Source of the DNA: Parcubacteria group bacterium
GTDB taxonomy: Bacteria > Patescibacteriota > Minisyncoccia > SW-4-49-11
DNA: 64,000 bases
Direction of reading: 5' to 3'
NCBI GenBank assembly: GCA_943354045.1
Contig: CALRBF010000001.1
Location: 4,046 to 68,045 of the forward strand
The notes under the pieces are model-generated. The model searched no databases, had not been told where the DNA came from, and was given only the letters and a program-made list of their open reading frames with translations. Position numbers and translations under genes: made by a program. Shown piece after piece: positions 47,395 through 57,603 of the stretch. How positions within the stretch are numbered: the stretch's first letter is position 1; each line of letters starts with the position of its first letter.

Positions 47395-49206
47395 TTATTG
47401 TATTATAGCACCTTGCTTGAGAGTAGTCAAAACAATATCTGGTGGATATACTACTCTTCCCCAAGATAATCCAAGCCCCAAGAAGGCTTGTGGTGAGGCA
47501 AATGGACGTTTAGTATCATTCTCAACCCAATATACCGCTCCATTATCTCTAATAATAGAACCTTCTTGAGGAAATACATCGGTACCCATAGGAAGAGCAT
47601 CTACAATATTGCGTCGAGTTAACATCAAATCACTCCACCTATATCTACTTAAAAATGTATAAGGAGTATTGAAAGGCTTTTTTTTCCCATTTTCAACTAA
47701 ATAGGCTCCTGTTCCCTCTGCATAAATCACACTACCATTAGGTGGAGTATCAATATCTCCTACTAATGCTCCCGTTGGATGATTATTAAGTACTGCTTGA
47801 GACGGAAATTGAATATTACTCCATTGATATCCTAATCCCAAGAAAACTTGAGGAGAGGCAATTGGACGCTTTAGCCCCTGCTCTATCACATAAACTTTAT
47901 CTTTATCTGCAATTAAAACTCCTTCTCGAAGAGAGAGTGCATCCCCAGTTGGAATAGCATCAAATACTGATTGACTCACTATACTAATATCTTCCCAGCG
48001 ATAATAATAAGATAAGAATACAATTGGATCAATAATAGGTCTTTTTATCCCTTGTTTTACAATATATACCCCTGAATTTGCGGTACGAATTAAAGCTCCA
48101 TTAGGATATGCTCGCTTTATCATAGCATTACTCATAGATATAACTCTATTTTGACTAGAACTATTAATTAAATTCATAGCATCTTCCGGGGTAAGAATAC
48201 CATAATAATCGCGCCAAGCAGAAATAATTCCCGTTACCACTGCTGTGGATATAGATGTTCCAGAACGATATTCTGCATTATTACCGGCATTATAACCAAG
48301 CACAGCATCTCCTGGAGCTAATACATCTACTCCCAAACCATCATTTGAATATGTAGGTTTGATTCCACGATTATCAATAGTACCCACTCCAATAATCCAA
48401 TTTTTATTCCCATCATTATTAAGAGGAGATACCGTGGGAGTTGTAATATTAAGCCCCCCATTTCCAGCTGCTGCTACAATAATAATTCCTTTTTGATAAG
48501 CTTTTTCGATAATAGGATTAAGTGATGAAGTATATGAACTTGTCGCAAGACTTAAATTAATAATATTTACGTTTTGATCAATTGCATATTGTATTCCTTT
48601 AATCAAATCAGATAAATCTCCACTCCCATCAGATCCTAATACTTTAATGGGAATAATTGTAGCTCTATCATTAATTCCAGCTATACCTAATCCATTATTC
48701 ACTTGGGATGCAATAATACTCGAGATAAATGTTCCATGCCCATTATCATCAGCTACATTACTATTATTAGTAATCATATTAAATCCCCCCCCTATTTGAC
48801 TAGCCGTATCAGGAATAGATGTAACCCCTGTATCAATTAATCCAATTTTTGTATTTCCTTTAGGTACATTTGAGATATTAGGATATGCTATTTCAAATCC
48901 AATATCCTTACCTGCAAGTCCAACTTGACCTAATACTGTTTGTCCAATATTTTTGAGTGCCCATTGATTAGAGTACTGAGCATCATTACTTGCTAAATAA
49001 ATTTTTTGTTCTGGAATATCTTTTATAATACATTCTTTTTTGACTTGTCCTTGCTGAACCAAATACCAATCTGGTGCTAACTGTTCTTCATATTGAGACA
49101 ATTCACATTGCGTATATACAATTCTATCTTCTGTCTCTGCAAAAGAAATACTAGGAATTAAAAATCCTAAAATGAAAACAAATACGCTAATTTTAAGATT
49201 TTTCAT
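47395..49206 (-). CDS. Secreted subtilisin-like (S8) serine protease with four C-terminal ~55-aa repeats
   Basis: Signal peptide. 'GLIDTGV' (Asp), 'DDNGHGT' (His), 'GTSISTAVVTG' (Ser). C-terminal repeats 'Y.VE.G.KRP..SP..FL.LG..W'. Confidence 0.75.
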   Translation of the reverse strand: MKNLKISVFVFILGFLIPSISFAETEDRIVYTQCELSQYEEQLAPDWYLVQQGQVKKECIIKDIPEQKIYLASNDAQYSNQWALKNIGQTVLGQVGLAGKDIGFEIAYPNISNVPKGNTKIGLIDTGVTSIPDTASQIGGGFNMITNNSNVADDNGHGTFISSIIASQVNNGLGIAGINDRATIIPIKVLGSDGSGDLSDLIKGIQYAIDQNVNIINLSLATSSYTSSLNPIIEKAYQKGIIIVAAAGNGGLNITTPTVSPLNNDGNKNWIIGVGTIDNRGIKPTYSNDGLGVDVLAPGDAVLGYNAGNNAEYRSGTSISTAVVTGIISAWRDYYGILTPEDAMNLINSSSQNRVISMSNAMIKRAYPNGALIRTANSGVYIVKQGIKRPIIDPIVFLSYYYRWEDISIVSQSVFDAIPTGDALSLREGVLIADKDKVYVIEQGLKRPIASPQVFLGLGYQWSNIQFPSQAVLNNHPTGALVGDIDTPPNGSVIYAEGTGAYLVENGKKKPFNTPYTFLSRYRWSDLMLTRRNIVDALPMGTDVFPQEGSIIRDNGAVYWVENDTKRPFASPQAFLGLGLSWGRVVYPPDIVLTTLKQGAIIQ

Positions 49207-49411
49207 GATTTTTTGAATATTTATTTTGAATCGTAATAATAGTATTTTCTATTTCTGAGAGATGATTTTTACAAATTTGGGCCAATTCCATACCTTGCTC
49301 GAATAAAACGACACCCTTCTCTAAATCTAGAGCATCATTTTGCTCTAAATCTTGAGTTAATTTTTCTAATTCAGCAAAGGCTTGTTTAAATGATTTGTTT
49401 GATTTTTTCAT
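49193..49411 (-). CDS. xseB: Exodeoxyribonuclease VII small subunit
   Basis: 72 aa. 'FKQAFAELEKLTQDLEQNDALDLEKGVVLFEQGMELAQIC' matches the XseB pattern. Confidence 0.65.
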   Translation of the reverse strand: MKKSNKSFKQAFAELEKLTQDLEQNDALDLEKGVVLFEQGMELAQICKNHLSEIENTIITIQNKYSKNHEKS

Positions 49412-49421
49412 AATAGTATTT

Positions 49422-50729
49422 TTATAGCCATTCTGCTGCTTGTCGAGTTAATAATTCTGTTTTATAGCGTTTATTATACAGAAGTTCTGCCGACACTCTT
49501 TCCATACGAGAGAATTGTGATCCCTTTACTAAAATAATATCATCTGAGGTAATAAAGTCAACTATATGAAGTGCTGCTTCCTCAGAATCAGCAAACCAAT
49601 GATATAGTCCTTTTGGATTATATTTATGAAAAGCTAATAAAATATCTTTACTATCCTCCCCTACACCGATACATACATTAACAACTTTTGCAGCTAACTG
49701 ACCTATATCTTGATGAATTTGTTGAGAATCTGGACCCAACTCTTTCATAGCTCCCAATACTGCAACTTTACGTGCCCCTGCAACTTTTAGTCTATCCAGA
49801 GAATCTAAGGCAAGTGCAACTGCTGCAGGAGCGGCATTATAGGTATCATCAATTAATAATGTATCTTTTATTCCTTCCAAACATCGAAGTCTTCCTTTGA
49901 CTGGATTTACTTTTTTTATTTGCTGTGAAATATCAATCAAATTAATACCATCTACAATACCAAGTGCAATTGATGGAAGCACCGCAGTTACCTGATGTTT
50001 TCCTAATATATAATCAACCTGAAATGGAATACTACTTCCTCTATATTCAACTTTAAAGCTTGCTTTTGGAACTAAACTACTATAATACTGAGCCCATTGT
50101 TCTTTGGTATTAATCACATCTATTGCAACTTTAAAATCTGAAGCTTTAATATCTACATCCCCAAATCCAAAAGTAATCACATTTTCTCTTTTGCGCCAAA
50201 TAGATTTAAGCACCTCATCATCTCCATCAATAATAAGAACTCCATCTGATTTTAATCCCCTGAGTATTTTTGCATCTTCATTAATTAATTCTTTTCTATT
50301 TTGGAATTGAGCTAAATGCACAGGATTTTTTCCAATAAACCCAAATACCACAACATCAAATTCTAAAAACTTCTCTACAAATTCATCCATATCTCCTGGA
50401 GTATCAATACCAATTTCTAATACCCAAATAGGAGCAAATTGCGCATATCCAAACCAAGCCCTCGATAGAGATTTCATAATAATACGAATCCAACTAAATA
50501 TATTTTTACCTGGTGATAGTTCATCCAAAAATGATAATGTTACCCCTATAGGAGTATTGTAATTATCTATATTAGTACCAACCGGACTAAATTGGCTCAA
50601 AAAAGAAACCATATTAGTTCTCATACTGGTTTTACCCACATTCCCTATCACCCCTATTATAGTGGGCTTATACCGCTTTAATAATTGTTTACTTGCATAT
50701 TTGAGAATTTGGTATATCAGGTTTTTCAT
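49422..50729 (-). CDS. murF: Mur ligase family protein (likely MurF, the D-Ala-D-Ala adding enzyme)
   Basis: 'IGVIGNVGKTSMRTN' P-loop and Mur ligase middle and C-terminal domains. Sits adjacent to ftsI. Confidence 0.6.
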   Translation of the reverse strand: MKNLIYQILKYASKQLLKRYKPTIIGVIGNVGKTSMRTNMVSFLSQFSPVGTNIDNYNTPIGVTLSFLDELSPGKNIFSWIRIIMKSLSRAWFGYAQFAPIWVLEIGIDTPGDMDEFVEKFLEFDVVVFGFIGKNPVHLAQFQNRKELINEDAKILRGLKSDGVLIIDGDDEVLKSIWRKRENVITFGFGDVDIKASDFKVAIDVINTKEQWAQYYSSLVPKASFKVEYRGSSIPFQVDYILGKHQVTAVLPSIALGIVDGINLIDISQQIKKVNPVKGRLRCLEGIKDTLLIDDTYNAAPAAVALALDSLDRLKVAGARKVAVLGAMKELGPDSQQIHQDIGQLAAKVVNVCIGVGEDSKDILLAFHKYNPKGLYHWFADSEEAALHIVDFITSDDIILVKGSQFSRMERVSAELLYNKRYKTELLTRQAAEWL

Positions 50730-50742
50730 ATCGGGCTATTTG

Positions 50743-52521
50743 TTAAATCGGTTTATCTGGTTTTATCTCAAAATAATTTAAGAGGAATTCATTTAACTCT
50801 TTCATTTTTGGAACTACAGAGACATCAGAGAATTTTGAACCTTGCGGACTATCTAATGATATAAGTAAAGTATACTTTGTATTGTCTAAAGTAGCAAATT
50901 CTATAAAAGATTGATAGGTATCTCCCCCCTCCTGATATCCTCCCGCACTATATATTTGTCCCGTTCCTGTCTTACCTCCAATACTATATCCAGGAACGGC
51001 AGCTTTTTTACCCGAACCTTTTTCTACCACATCCACAAGCATACGAGATAATTCTTGAGCCTTTTCTTGTGACATTGACTGGCCTTGTATTTCGGGATCA
51101 AAAGTTTGAATATCCCCATTTGGCTTTTGTATTGATTTTACTATTCGAGGTTTTACAATATTTCCGTTATTAATAATACTATTAAAGGATGTCAATAATC
51201 GTATTGGCGTCATAGAAATACCCTGTCCAAATGAAGCATTTGCATAACTTATATCCCGAGCATCTCGCTCAGACTTTGTCAAATTACTAATATTATTAGC
51301 TACTTCCCCTGGTAAATCAATATTTGTTTTATTCCCAATTTGAAATTTATCTTTAATTCCCGCAACAAAAGCTTCTCTTCCTAATGCTCTTTCAATAAAT
51401 ACCATACCTAAATTCAATGAGTTTTCTAAAGAATATTGCATAGTTTGTCTTCCATAAGTTTTTTTTGACCAATTATCTACAACATATCCATTTATAGTCT
51501 CTTTTCCTTTATCTTCATATATGGTATTAGGAGTAATAATTCCTTTATCAAGCCCAATCCCAACAGTAATCGGCTTAAATATAGATCCCTGCTCATATAA
51601 ACTCGATATAAAGGGATTTTGGAATACCTTTATATCCTCAACTTTCCCATATTCATTATTATCAAAACTAGGATTAGAAGCCATAGCATATATATCTCCC
51701 GTTTTAGGATTCATAATAGCTCCAAGTGCTACTTTAGGTTTATATTCTGTAGATAATTGCCCCAATACTTCTTCTAATTTATATTGTAGGGTATGGTCAA
51801 TAGTAAGCACAATATGAGAACCATCTACCGCATCTTTTTTCTCTCTTGCGGTATTAGCAAGCCAAGTACCTCTACCATCACGCTCCCCCTTTTCAAATCC
51901 ATTTTCTCCCGCTAACTCATCATTATAATATTGTTCCACCCCATATTGCCCCTTAAGTGAATCTCTTGAGACAAATCCTAAAACTTGAGCCCCAAGAGTT
52001 TTTTCTGGATAAAATCGAGCTGATTTTTCGTCCAATACGAATCCTTTTATATTATTATCTTGTATGGGTTTAATGGTCTCTTCTGGAATATCTTTTGCCA
52101 CTAAATACCACTGCTTACTAGTCTTCTTTAATTCTTCTTCTAATTTATTTTTATCTATATCTGGAAAACTTTGATAAATAAAATCTCTTACTTTGGTTTT
52201 ATTCTCTTCACTACTAGCATCAATTTGCTTAGCATTAATAATGACATCATATTTTTTGAGATTAATAGCAACAGGAAAATTTTGACCTAATTTGAGATCT
52301 TGAAAATAAATATTTCCCCTTTTTCCTATTAATTCAGATTCTCGAATATGCTGATCTTCTGCCCTTGCTTTATAATCTCCGTATTTAATGATTTGTAATT
52401 GTGCTGCTCTTGCAATAATACCTCCAAAAAGAATAAATATAAAGCTGACAAAAGCCCCAAGTCTCACTTTATTATACGATATTCTCGGGGTAGATGACTT
52501 TGAGGGAGTTTTTTTTACCAT
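50743..52521 (-). CDS. ftsI: Cell division penicillin-binding protein (FtsI/PBP3-type transpeptidase)
   Basis: N-terminal TM, PBP dimerisation domain and a transpeptidase containing 'GGKTGTG'. Lies in the mraZ-rsmH-ftsL cluster. Confidence 0.85.
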   Translation of the reverse strand: MVKKTPSKSSTPRISYNKVRLGAFVSFIFILFGGIIARAAQLQIIKYGDYKARAEDQHIRESELIGKRGNIYFQDLKLGQNFPVAINLKKYDVIINAKQIDASSEENKTKVRDFIYQSFPDIDKNKLEEELKKTSKQWYLVAKDIPEETIKPIQDNNIKGFVLDEKSARFYPEKTLGAQVLGFVSRDSLKGQYGVEQYYNDELAGENGFEKGERDGRGTWLANTAREKKDAVDGSHIVLTIDHTLQYKLEEVLGQLSTEYKPKVALGAIMNPKTGDIYAMASNPSFDNNEYGKVEDIKVFQNPFISSLYEQGSIFKPITVGIGLDKGIITPNTIYEDKGKETINGYVVDNWSKKTYGRQTMQYSLENSLNLGMVFIERALGREAFVAGIKDKFQIGNKTNIDLPGEVANNISNLTKSERDARDISYANASFGQGISMTPIRLLTSFNSIINNGNIVKPRIVKSIQKPNGDIQTFDPEIQGQSMSQEKAQELSRMLVDVVEKGSGKKAAVPGYSIGGKTGTGQIYSAGGYQEGGDTYQSFIEFATLDNTKYTLLISLDSPQGSKFSDVSVVPKMKELNEFLLNYFEIKPDKPI

Positions 52522-52524
52522 ATG

Positions 52525-52800
52525 CTATTTTTTCACCAGGGCACCATCTTCAGCAATATATACAAATTGAGCGGCTTCCATATCAGCAACAGCTGAATTT
52601 ATACTCACATTTCCAATACTATTATATTGAGCTACTTGTGTATTGAGTTCAGTATAGGATTGCTGTGCTTTATCTAAGTCTTTTTCATTTTCTGCAATAA
52701 TATAACCTTGCACCGATAAAGAATTACTTTCCGCAATATAAACTACCGCAAGAAGTATGGTGATGACGAGAAGATAAGTAATGGATTTCATTTGTTTCAT
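52525..52800 (-). CDS. ftsL: FtsL-like small cell-division membrane protein
   Basis: 91 aa with a single TM, sitting between rsmH and ftsI. Confidence 0.5.
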   Translation of the reverse strand: MKQMKSITYLLVITILLAVVYIAESNSLSVQGYIIAENEKDLDKAQQSYTELNTQVAQYNSIGNVSINSAVADMEAAQFVYIAEDGALVKK

Positions 52801-52808
52801 ATTGGTAA

Positions 52809-53702
52809 TTAAGCTTTTTCAATAATACGGAGTTTTGCAGAGCGGGATCTTGGATTCGCGCCTATTTCTTCATCTGTTGGAGTAATAGGTTTTTTGGTTA
52901 GAATATTCACCCAACCCTGTTCTCGCCATTCACGAAATGTTTGCTTTACAATTCTATCTTCACCAGAATGAAAAGATACAATAGCCAGTCTGCCTGTAGA
53001 ATTTAATAAAGAAAGAGAAGATGAGAGAAGAGACCTAAGCGCTCCAATTTCATCATTCACCTCCATTCTCAAAGCCTGAAATACACGAGTAGCAGGATGA
53101 ATAGATTTTTTGGCAAATTTTTTGGGGACAATAGATACAATAACATCAGCTAATTCTTGAGTGGTTTCAATTTTTTTTATTTTACGAGCCTCTACAATAA
53201 CACGAGCAATACGCCCTGAGAATGGCTCATCACCAAGATTTTTGAATAATTCTGCCAACTTCTCTTGAGAATAGGTATTCACAATATCCTTTGCGGTTAA
53301 ATCTTGAGACTCAATATCAAATCGCATATCAAGAGGAGCATTTTCTCTAAAACTAAATCCTCGAGAACTATCATCTAATTCCATTGATGAGAGCCCCAAA
53401 TCTGCAACAATACCATCAACTACAACTATATCAATTTCTCTCAATACACGCTCAATATAGCGAAAATTACTATGCTTCAAAATAATTCTCTCCCCATATT
53501 CAGCTAAACTTTCCTCAGCAATAGCAAGAGCCCTACTATCAGCATCAAACCCAATCACCTTACCCGTAGCTACTTTATCTGCAATAGCTCGTGTATATCC
53601 ACCTAGCCCCACTGTGGCATCTATATAAATACCATTATCTCGAATAGCAAGAGCCTCGATAGCTTCATTTTTTAAAACTGGAATATGACTAAATTCCGAC
53701 AT
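52809..53702 (-). CDS. rsmH: 16S rRNA m4C1402 methyltransferase RsmH (MraW)
   Basis: 'HIPVLKNEAIEAL', 'YIDATVGLGGY' and 'VDGIVADLGLSS'. Confidence 0.9.
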   Translation of the reverse strand: MSEFSHIPVLKNEAIEALAIRDNGIYIDATVGLGGYTRAIADKVATGKVIGFDADSRALAIAEESLAEYGERIILKHSNFRYIERVLREIDIVVVDGIVADLGLSSMELDDSSRGFSFRENAPLDMRFDIESQDLTAKDIVNTYSQEKLAELFKNLGDEPFSGRIARVIVEARKIKKIETTQELADVIVSIVPKKFAKKSIHPATRVFQALRMEVNDEIGALRSLLSSSLSLLNSTGRLAIVSFHSGEDRIVKQTFREWREQGWVNILTKKPITPTDEEIGANPRSRSAKLRIIEKA

Positions 53703-53704
53703 AT

Positions 53705-54157
53705 TTATACTCCTAAATCTGCTAATTGTTCTGCAATTTCTCCAGATTCTGCCTCAGTACGCTCTTTATAAGCCTTCCACGATACCTCATCCCAAATTTC
53801 AAGCCTATCATATAATCCAGTTACAATAACTTTTTTACCCAATTTGGCATAATCACGAAGATAATCAGGTAATACTACTCTACCCTGTTTATCCAGAGAA
53901 ACATCCATGGCTCCAGCCAACATTAATCGACTAAAAGCCCTATTATTAGTACTACTAATAGGGAGTTTACTCAGTTTGGTAGCTAATTCTCTCCAAGATT
54001 CATAGGTATATACCCAAAGACAATTATCTAATCCTTTGGTAACAACAAGTCCAGCTTTCAAATCTTCTTGAAATTTCTTTGGGACAGCAAGCCTTCCCTT
54101 ATCATCAATATTATGACTGTATTCTCCTATGAACATATATTCACCATTTATTTCCAC
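53705..54157 (-). CDS. mraZ: Transcriptional regulator MraZ
   Basis: Two 'DDKGRL'-type repeats ('DDKGRLAVP', 'LDKQGRVVLP'). Confidence 0.85.
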   Translation of the reverse strand: MEINGEYMFIGEYSHNIDDKGRLAVPKKFQEDLKAGLVVTKGLDNCLWVYTYESWRELATKLSKLPISSTNNRAFSRLMLAGAMDVSLDKQGRVVLPDYLRDYAKLGKKVIVTGLYDRLEIWDEVSWKAYKERTEAESGEIAEQLADLGV

Positions 54158-54231
54158 TTTTTACCACTTTCTACCATTATATAGGTATTTTCTCCCCCCG
54201 TCAATAAAAACTTATCCACAATAGACAAAAT

Positions 54232-54265
54232 AAAACAGGGATGCCAATACGACATCCCCTGTTTG
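54232..54265 (-). terminator. Rho-independent terminator after the 92-aa ORF, upstream of mraZ
   Basis: Minus strand: 'aacaggggatgtcgtattggcatccctgtt' followed by a T-rich run. Confidence 0.4.
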
Positions 54266-54267
54266 TA

Positions 54268-54546
54268 CTAAAGATAAATTGTGCTACCTTTTATCTGCCC
54301 AGCCTCATATATACCCCATTCACATATATCCTTATATTCTTTCTGACCTTTAAAAGCTTCAATTATGAATTCTGTACCCGGGTGCCTAGATATTAATAAA
54401 CCTCTTACCTCAAAGTTTAGACTTAATATTTGCTTTTGTAATATTGAAAAATCTTCTTTTTCCCATCTCTCTTGTAATGGAATTGTCGGGGCTAAAGAAG
54501 GCTTCGCAAGAACTTCTCTTTGTTCATTGACTTTTCTCGTATACAT
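54268..54546 (-). CDS. Hypothetical small protein (92 aa)
   Basis: ORF with its own terminator. No motif recognised. Confidence 0.35.
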   Translation of the reverse strand: MYTRKVNEQREVLAKPSLAPTIPLQERWEKEDFSILQKQILSLNFEVRGLLISRHPGTEFIIEAFKGQKEYKDICEWGIYEAGQIKGSTIYL

Positions 54547-54604
54547 AAAAGTTTGCGAGGAATAAGCTCACTATACACAGTCTATAGTTTTTTGTCAACT
54601 AACA

Positions 54605-56800
54605 CTATTTCTTAGTACTCGCTTTTTTCTTAGGTGCCGACTTCTTCACAGTACTAGATTTCTTTTTAGCTTTTGTAGTATAATTACCTGCTTGTTTCTT
54701 TGCTCCTTCTATATATTTACAATCTGGATACCGATTACAAGCTTTGAATGGCCCACGCTTTCCTTTTTTGAATACCATATCCCCCACGCCACATTCTGGA
54801 CATTTTTCTCCTGTTTTATGCTCAATTTTTTTAATTGTCTTACAAGTAGGATAATTAGAACATCCCAAAAATGGTCCGAATCTCCCTGATTTCACCTCCA
54901 TTATTCCATCACTACAATTAGGGCATTTTTCTCCCCCAAAATCTGCCTGTAATTGCTTTTCCTCATCACTTTGCTCAGTATATTTACATTCAGGATAATT
55001 GGTACAGGCTATAAATTTACCAAATTTACTACGCTTGATTTCAAGCTGATTACCACATTCGGGACAAGGTCTATCTTCGATAATATCCCGATGTCGCTCT
55101 ACACTTTTCTCCTTATCTTTCAAATTTTTAGCAAATGGCACATAAAAATCTGCCATTGTTTTTTGATAGGTATCTTTGCCTATGGCAATTTCATCAAATT
55201 GCTCTTCTACTTTAGCAGTAAAATCAATATCTACAATTTGAGGGAAATGCTGTACCAACATATCAGTGACTACTTTCCCAATATCAGTTGGAGCAAATCG
55301 TCTATCATCATTTTTGACTACATATCCTCTGGTCTGAATAGTAGATATAATCGAGGCATAGGTAGATGGCCGTCCAATTGCATTTGTCTCGAGTGCTTTG
55401 ACCAAACTACTTTCACTATAGCGAGCTGGAGGTTGAGTAAAATGCTGTTCTCCTCTAATATCCTGAGTTGAGAGAGTTTCTCCTTGATTGATACGCGGTA
55501 GCAATACATCTTCTGATTTAATATCATATACTCGCATAAATCCATCAAAGACTAAAGATTTTCCTGTAGCAGTAAATGTATAATTCTCTGATTTGGTATC
55601 AGTAATAGCCACATTCATCGTATCGAATAGAGCGGGCTTCATTTGACTTGCCATAAATCGCCCCCAAATAAGACTATATAATTTGTATTGTTTATCATCC
55701 AGATACGGCTTCACATCTTCTGGAGTAAGACTTGGGTCTGTCGGACGAATAGCCTCATGAGCTTCTTGCGCATTCTTAGCCTTGGTTTTGAATTGTCTCA
55801 CCTGATAATAACTTTCCCCAAATTGTTTGGTAATTTGAGCTTTTGCCGCTGCAATTGCCTGCCCAGATAAATTAGTAGAATCCGTTCTCATATAGGTAAT
55901 AAGTCCTGTCTGACCCTTAGAGCCGAGAGACACCCCCTCATATAATTGCTGAGCCACCATCATAGTTTGCTTGGCAGAAAAATATAATCTTCTCGCCCCA
56001 TCTTGTTGTAGGGATGAAGTAATAAAAGGAGGATAGGGATTTCGAGAAACAGATTTATTCTCTATGGATTTAACTTTATAGGATAAGGCTTGTAGCCCCG
56101 CCACCAAATTTTGTGATTCACTTTCTGTCTTATAGGCAAATTTATCTAACCGTTTTCCTCCAATATGCGTAAGATTGGCAGGAATATCAAGAGAAGTATC
56201 CCCACTCAAAAAAACTCCCTCAATAGACCAATATTCTTCTTTCTGAAAAGCTTCTATTTCTCTCTCGCGATCTACTATGAGGCGAAGAGCCACAGATTGC
56301 ACGCGTCCAGCAGATAAACCTCGCTGTACTTTTTGCCATAAAAATGGAGATAATTTATACCCCACCAAGCGATCCAAAGCTCGCCTAGCTTGCTGTGCAT
56401 CTACCAAATTAATATCAATATGCCTGGGACTCGCCAAAGCTTTTTGAATAGCAGATTCGGTGATTTCATGGAATACCATTCTTTTGGCAGTTTCAGGTTT
56501 TAATTTCAAAATATGTGCCAAATGCCAAGATATAGCTTCCCCTTCTCGGTCTTCATCAGTTGCAAGTATTACCTCTCCGCTCATTTTAGCTAATTTTTTG
56601 AGTTCAGTTACCGTCTTCTTTGCCTTAGCCGGAATTTCATAGGTAATATCAAAATTCTCATCGGGATCAACCCCAATTTTAGATTTTGGCAAATCTCGAA
56701 TATGCCCCATAGAAGAAATAACCGTATAATCTCTTCCCAGAAATTTACCAATTGTTTTTGCCTTGGTGGGAGACTCTACAATAATCAGAGCTTTGGACAT
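54605..56800 (-). CDS. topA: DNA topoisomerase I, with C-terminal zinc ribbons and a K-rich tail
   Basis: TOPRIM 'LIIVESPTKAKTI', active site 'TYMRTDST', and three C4 zinc ribbons. Confidence 0.9.
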   Translation of the reverse strand: MSKALIIVESPTKAKTIGKFLGRDYTVISSMGHIRDLPKSKIGVDPDENFDITYEIPAKAKKTVTELKKLAKMSGEVILATDEDREGEAISWHLAHILKLKPETAKRMVFHEITESAIQKALASPRHIDINLVDAQQARRALDRLVGYKLSPFLWQKVQRGLSAGRVQSVALRLIVDREREIEAFQKEEYWSIEGVFLSGDTSLDIPANLTHIGGKRLDKFAYKTESESQNLVAGLQALSYKVKSIENKSVSRNPYPPFITSSLQQDGARRLYFSAKQTMMVAQQLYEGVSLGSKGQTGLITYMRTDSTNLSGQAIAAAKAQITKQFGESYYQVRQFKTKAKNAQEAHEAIRPTDPSLTPEDVKPYLDDKQYKLYSLIWGRFMASQMKPALFDTMNVAITDTKSENYTFTATGKSLVFDGFMRVYDIKSEDVLLPRINQGETLSTQDIRGEQHFTQPPARYSESSLVKALETNAIGRPSTYASIISTIQTRGYVVKNDDRRFAPTDIGKVVTDMLVQHFPQIVDIDFTAKVEEQFDEIAIGKDTYQKTMADFYVPFAKNLKDKEKSVERHRDIIEDRPCPECGNQLEIKRSKFGKFIACTNYPECKYTEQSDEEKQLQADFGGEKCPNCSDGIMEVKSGRFGPFLGCSNYPTCKTIKKIEHKTGEKCPECGVGDMVFKKGKRGPFKACNRYPDCKYIEGAKKQAGNYTTKAKKKSSTVKKSAPKKKASTKK

Positions 56801-56910
56801 ATAATATATATTTAATTCTCTAGTAGTCTATATTGAATTATCTATTTCGTCAAATTATAAAGAAAAAAGCCCACCTCTGTGAAGAAGCGGACTCAAATAT
56901 AATTGAAGAG

Positions 56911-57528
56911 TCAGTTCGCAGCGCTGGAGCGCCGACGAACTTGACGACCAGGACGGATGATCTGGCGGGGGCGGGCAAACGCGGCCTCGGAAACCGGGAT
57001 CTTCTCAACCCATTTAGTACGGAGACGACCATCCTTGGTGAGGATGGCATCCATGGAGACGAAATCTCCCTTACTTAGGCGCGGAGCATCAATGAAGTCA
57101 ACGGTGACAAAGTGGTCACCAAAGACCTTGACAGAAACATTGCGACCATAATTATCGTCGCACCAAACCCTTTTACAAACCTCCCCACGAATGGAGAATT
57201 CCTCAGGTAGATCATCCTGAGCCCCAGAATTAGGGTCAAGAATGGAAGGTTTCCAGACCCCGATCACTTGGAGCTTGTTTACACGACCATCTTTGGTTTG
57301 TGGATAAACCACGAACATGGCGGAGTTCTCACCCTCCTTGAGAAGTTTAAGGACAAGTCCATGGACTTCTGCTTCAAGAGTAAGAGCTTTCACCCGGAAC
57401 TCACCCGTCAAGGTAATTACCCCGTTAGGGGCAATTACCCCCTTCAAGACTCCGATTGCTCGGGTTTGGAGGAGGTACTCGGGCTCCCCGATGGGGTGGA
57501 GGCGGGGCTGTTTTTGAACGATCGACAC
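56911..57528 (-). CDS. Hypothetical 205-aa protein encoded in a ~52% GC island (GTG start, RBS AGGAG)
   Basis: The base composition of 56900-57540 is far above the flanking ~30% GC. 'AGGAGATCCTACAGTG' supplies the RBS and start. No family recognised. Confidence 0.55.
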   Translation of the reverse strand: MSIVQKQPRLHPIGEPEYLLQTRAIGVLKGVIAPNGVITLTGEFRVKALTLEAEVHGLVLKLLKEGENSAMFVVYPQTKDGRVNKLQVIGVWKPSILDPNSGAQDDLPEEFSIRGEVCKRVWCDDNYGRNVSVKVFGDHFVTVDFIDAPRLSKGDFVSMDAILTKDGRLRTKWVEKIPVSEAAFARPRQIIRPGRQVRRRSSAAN

Positions 57529-57603
57529 TGTAGGATCTCCTACTAATGTTTACAATTCTATTTATATCACATTTTCACAATTTTGTCAATAACTATAATC
57601 ATT

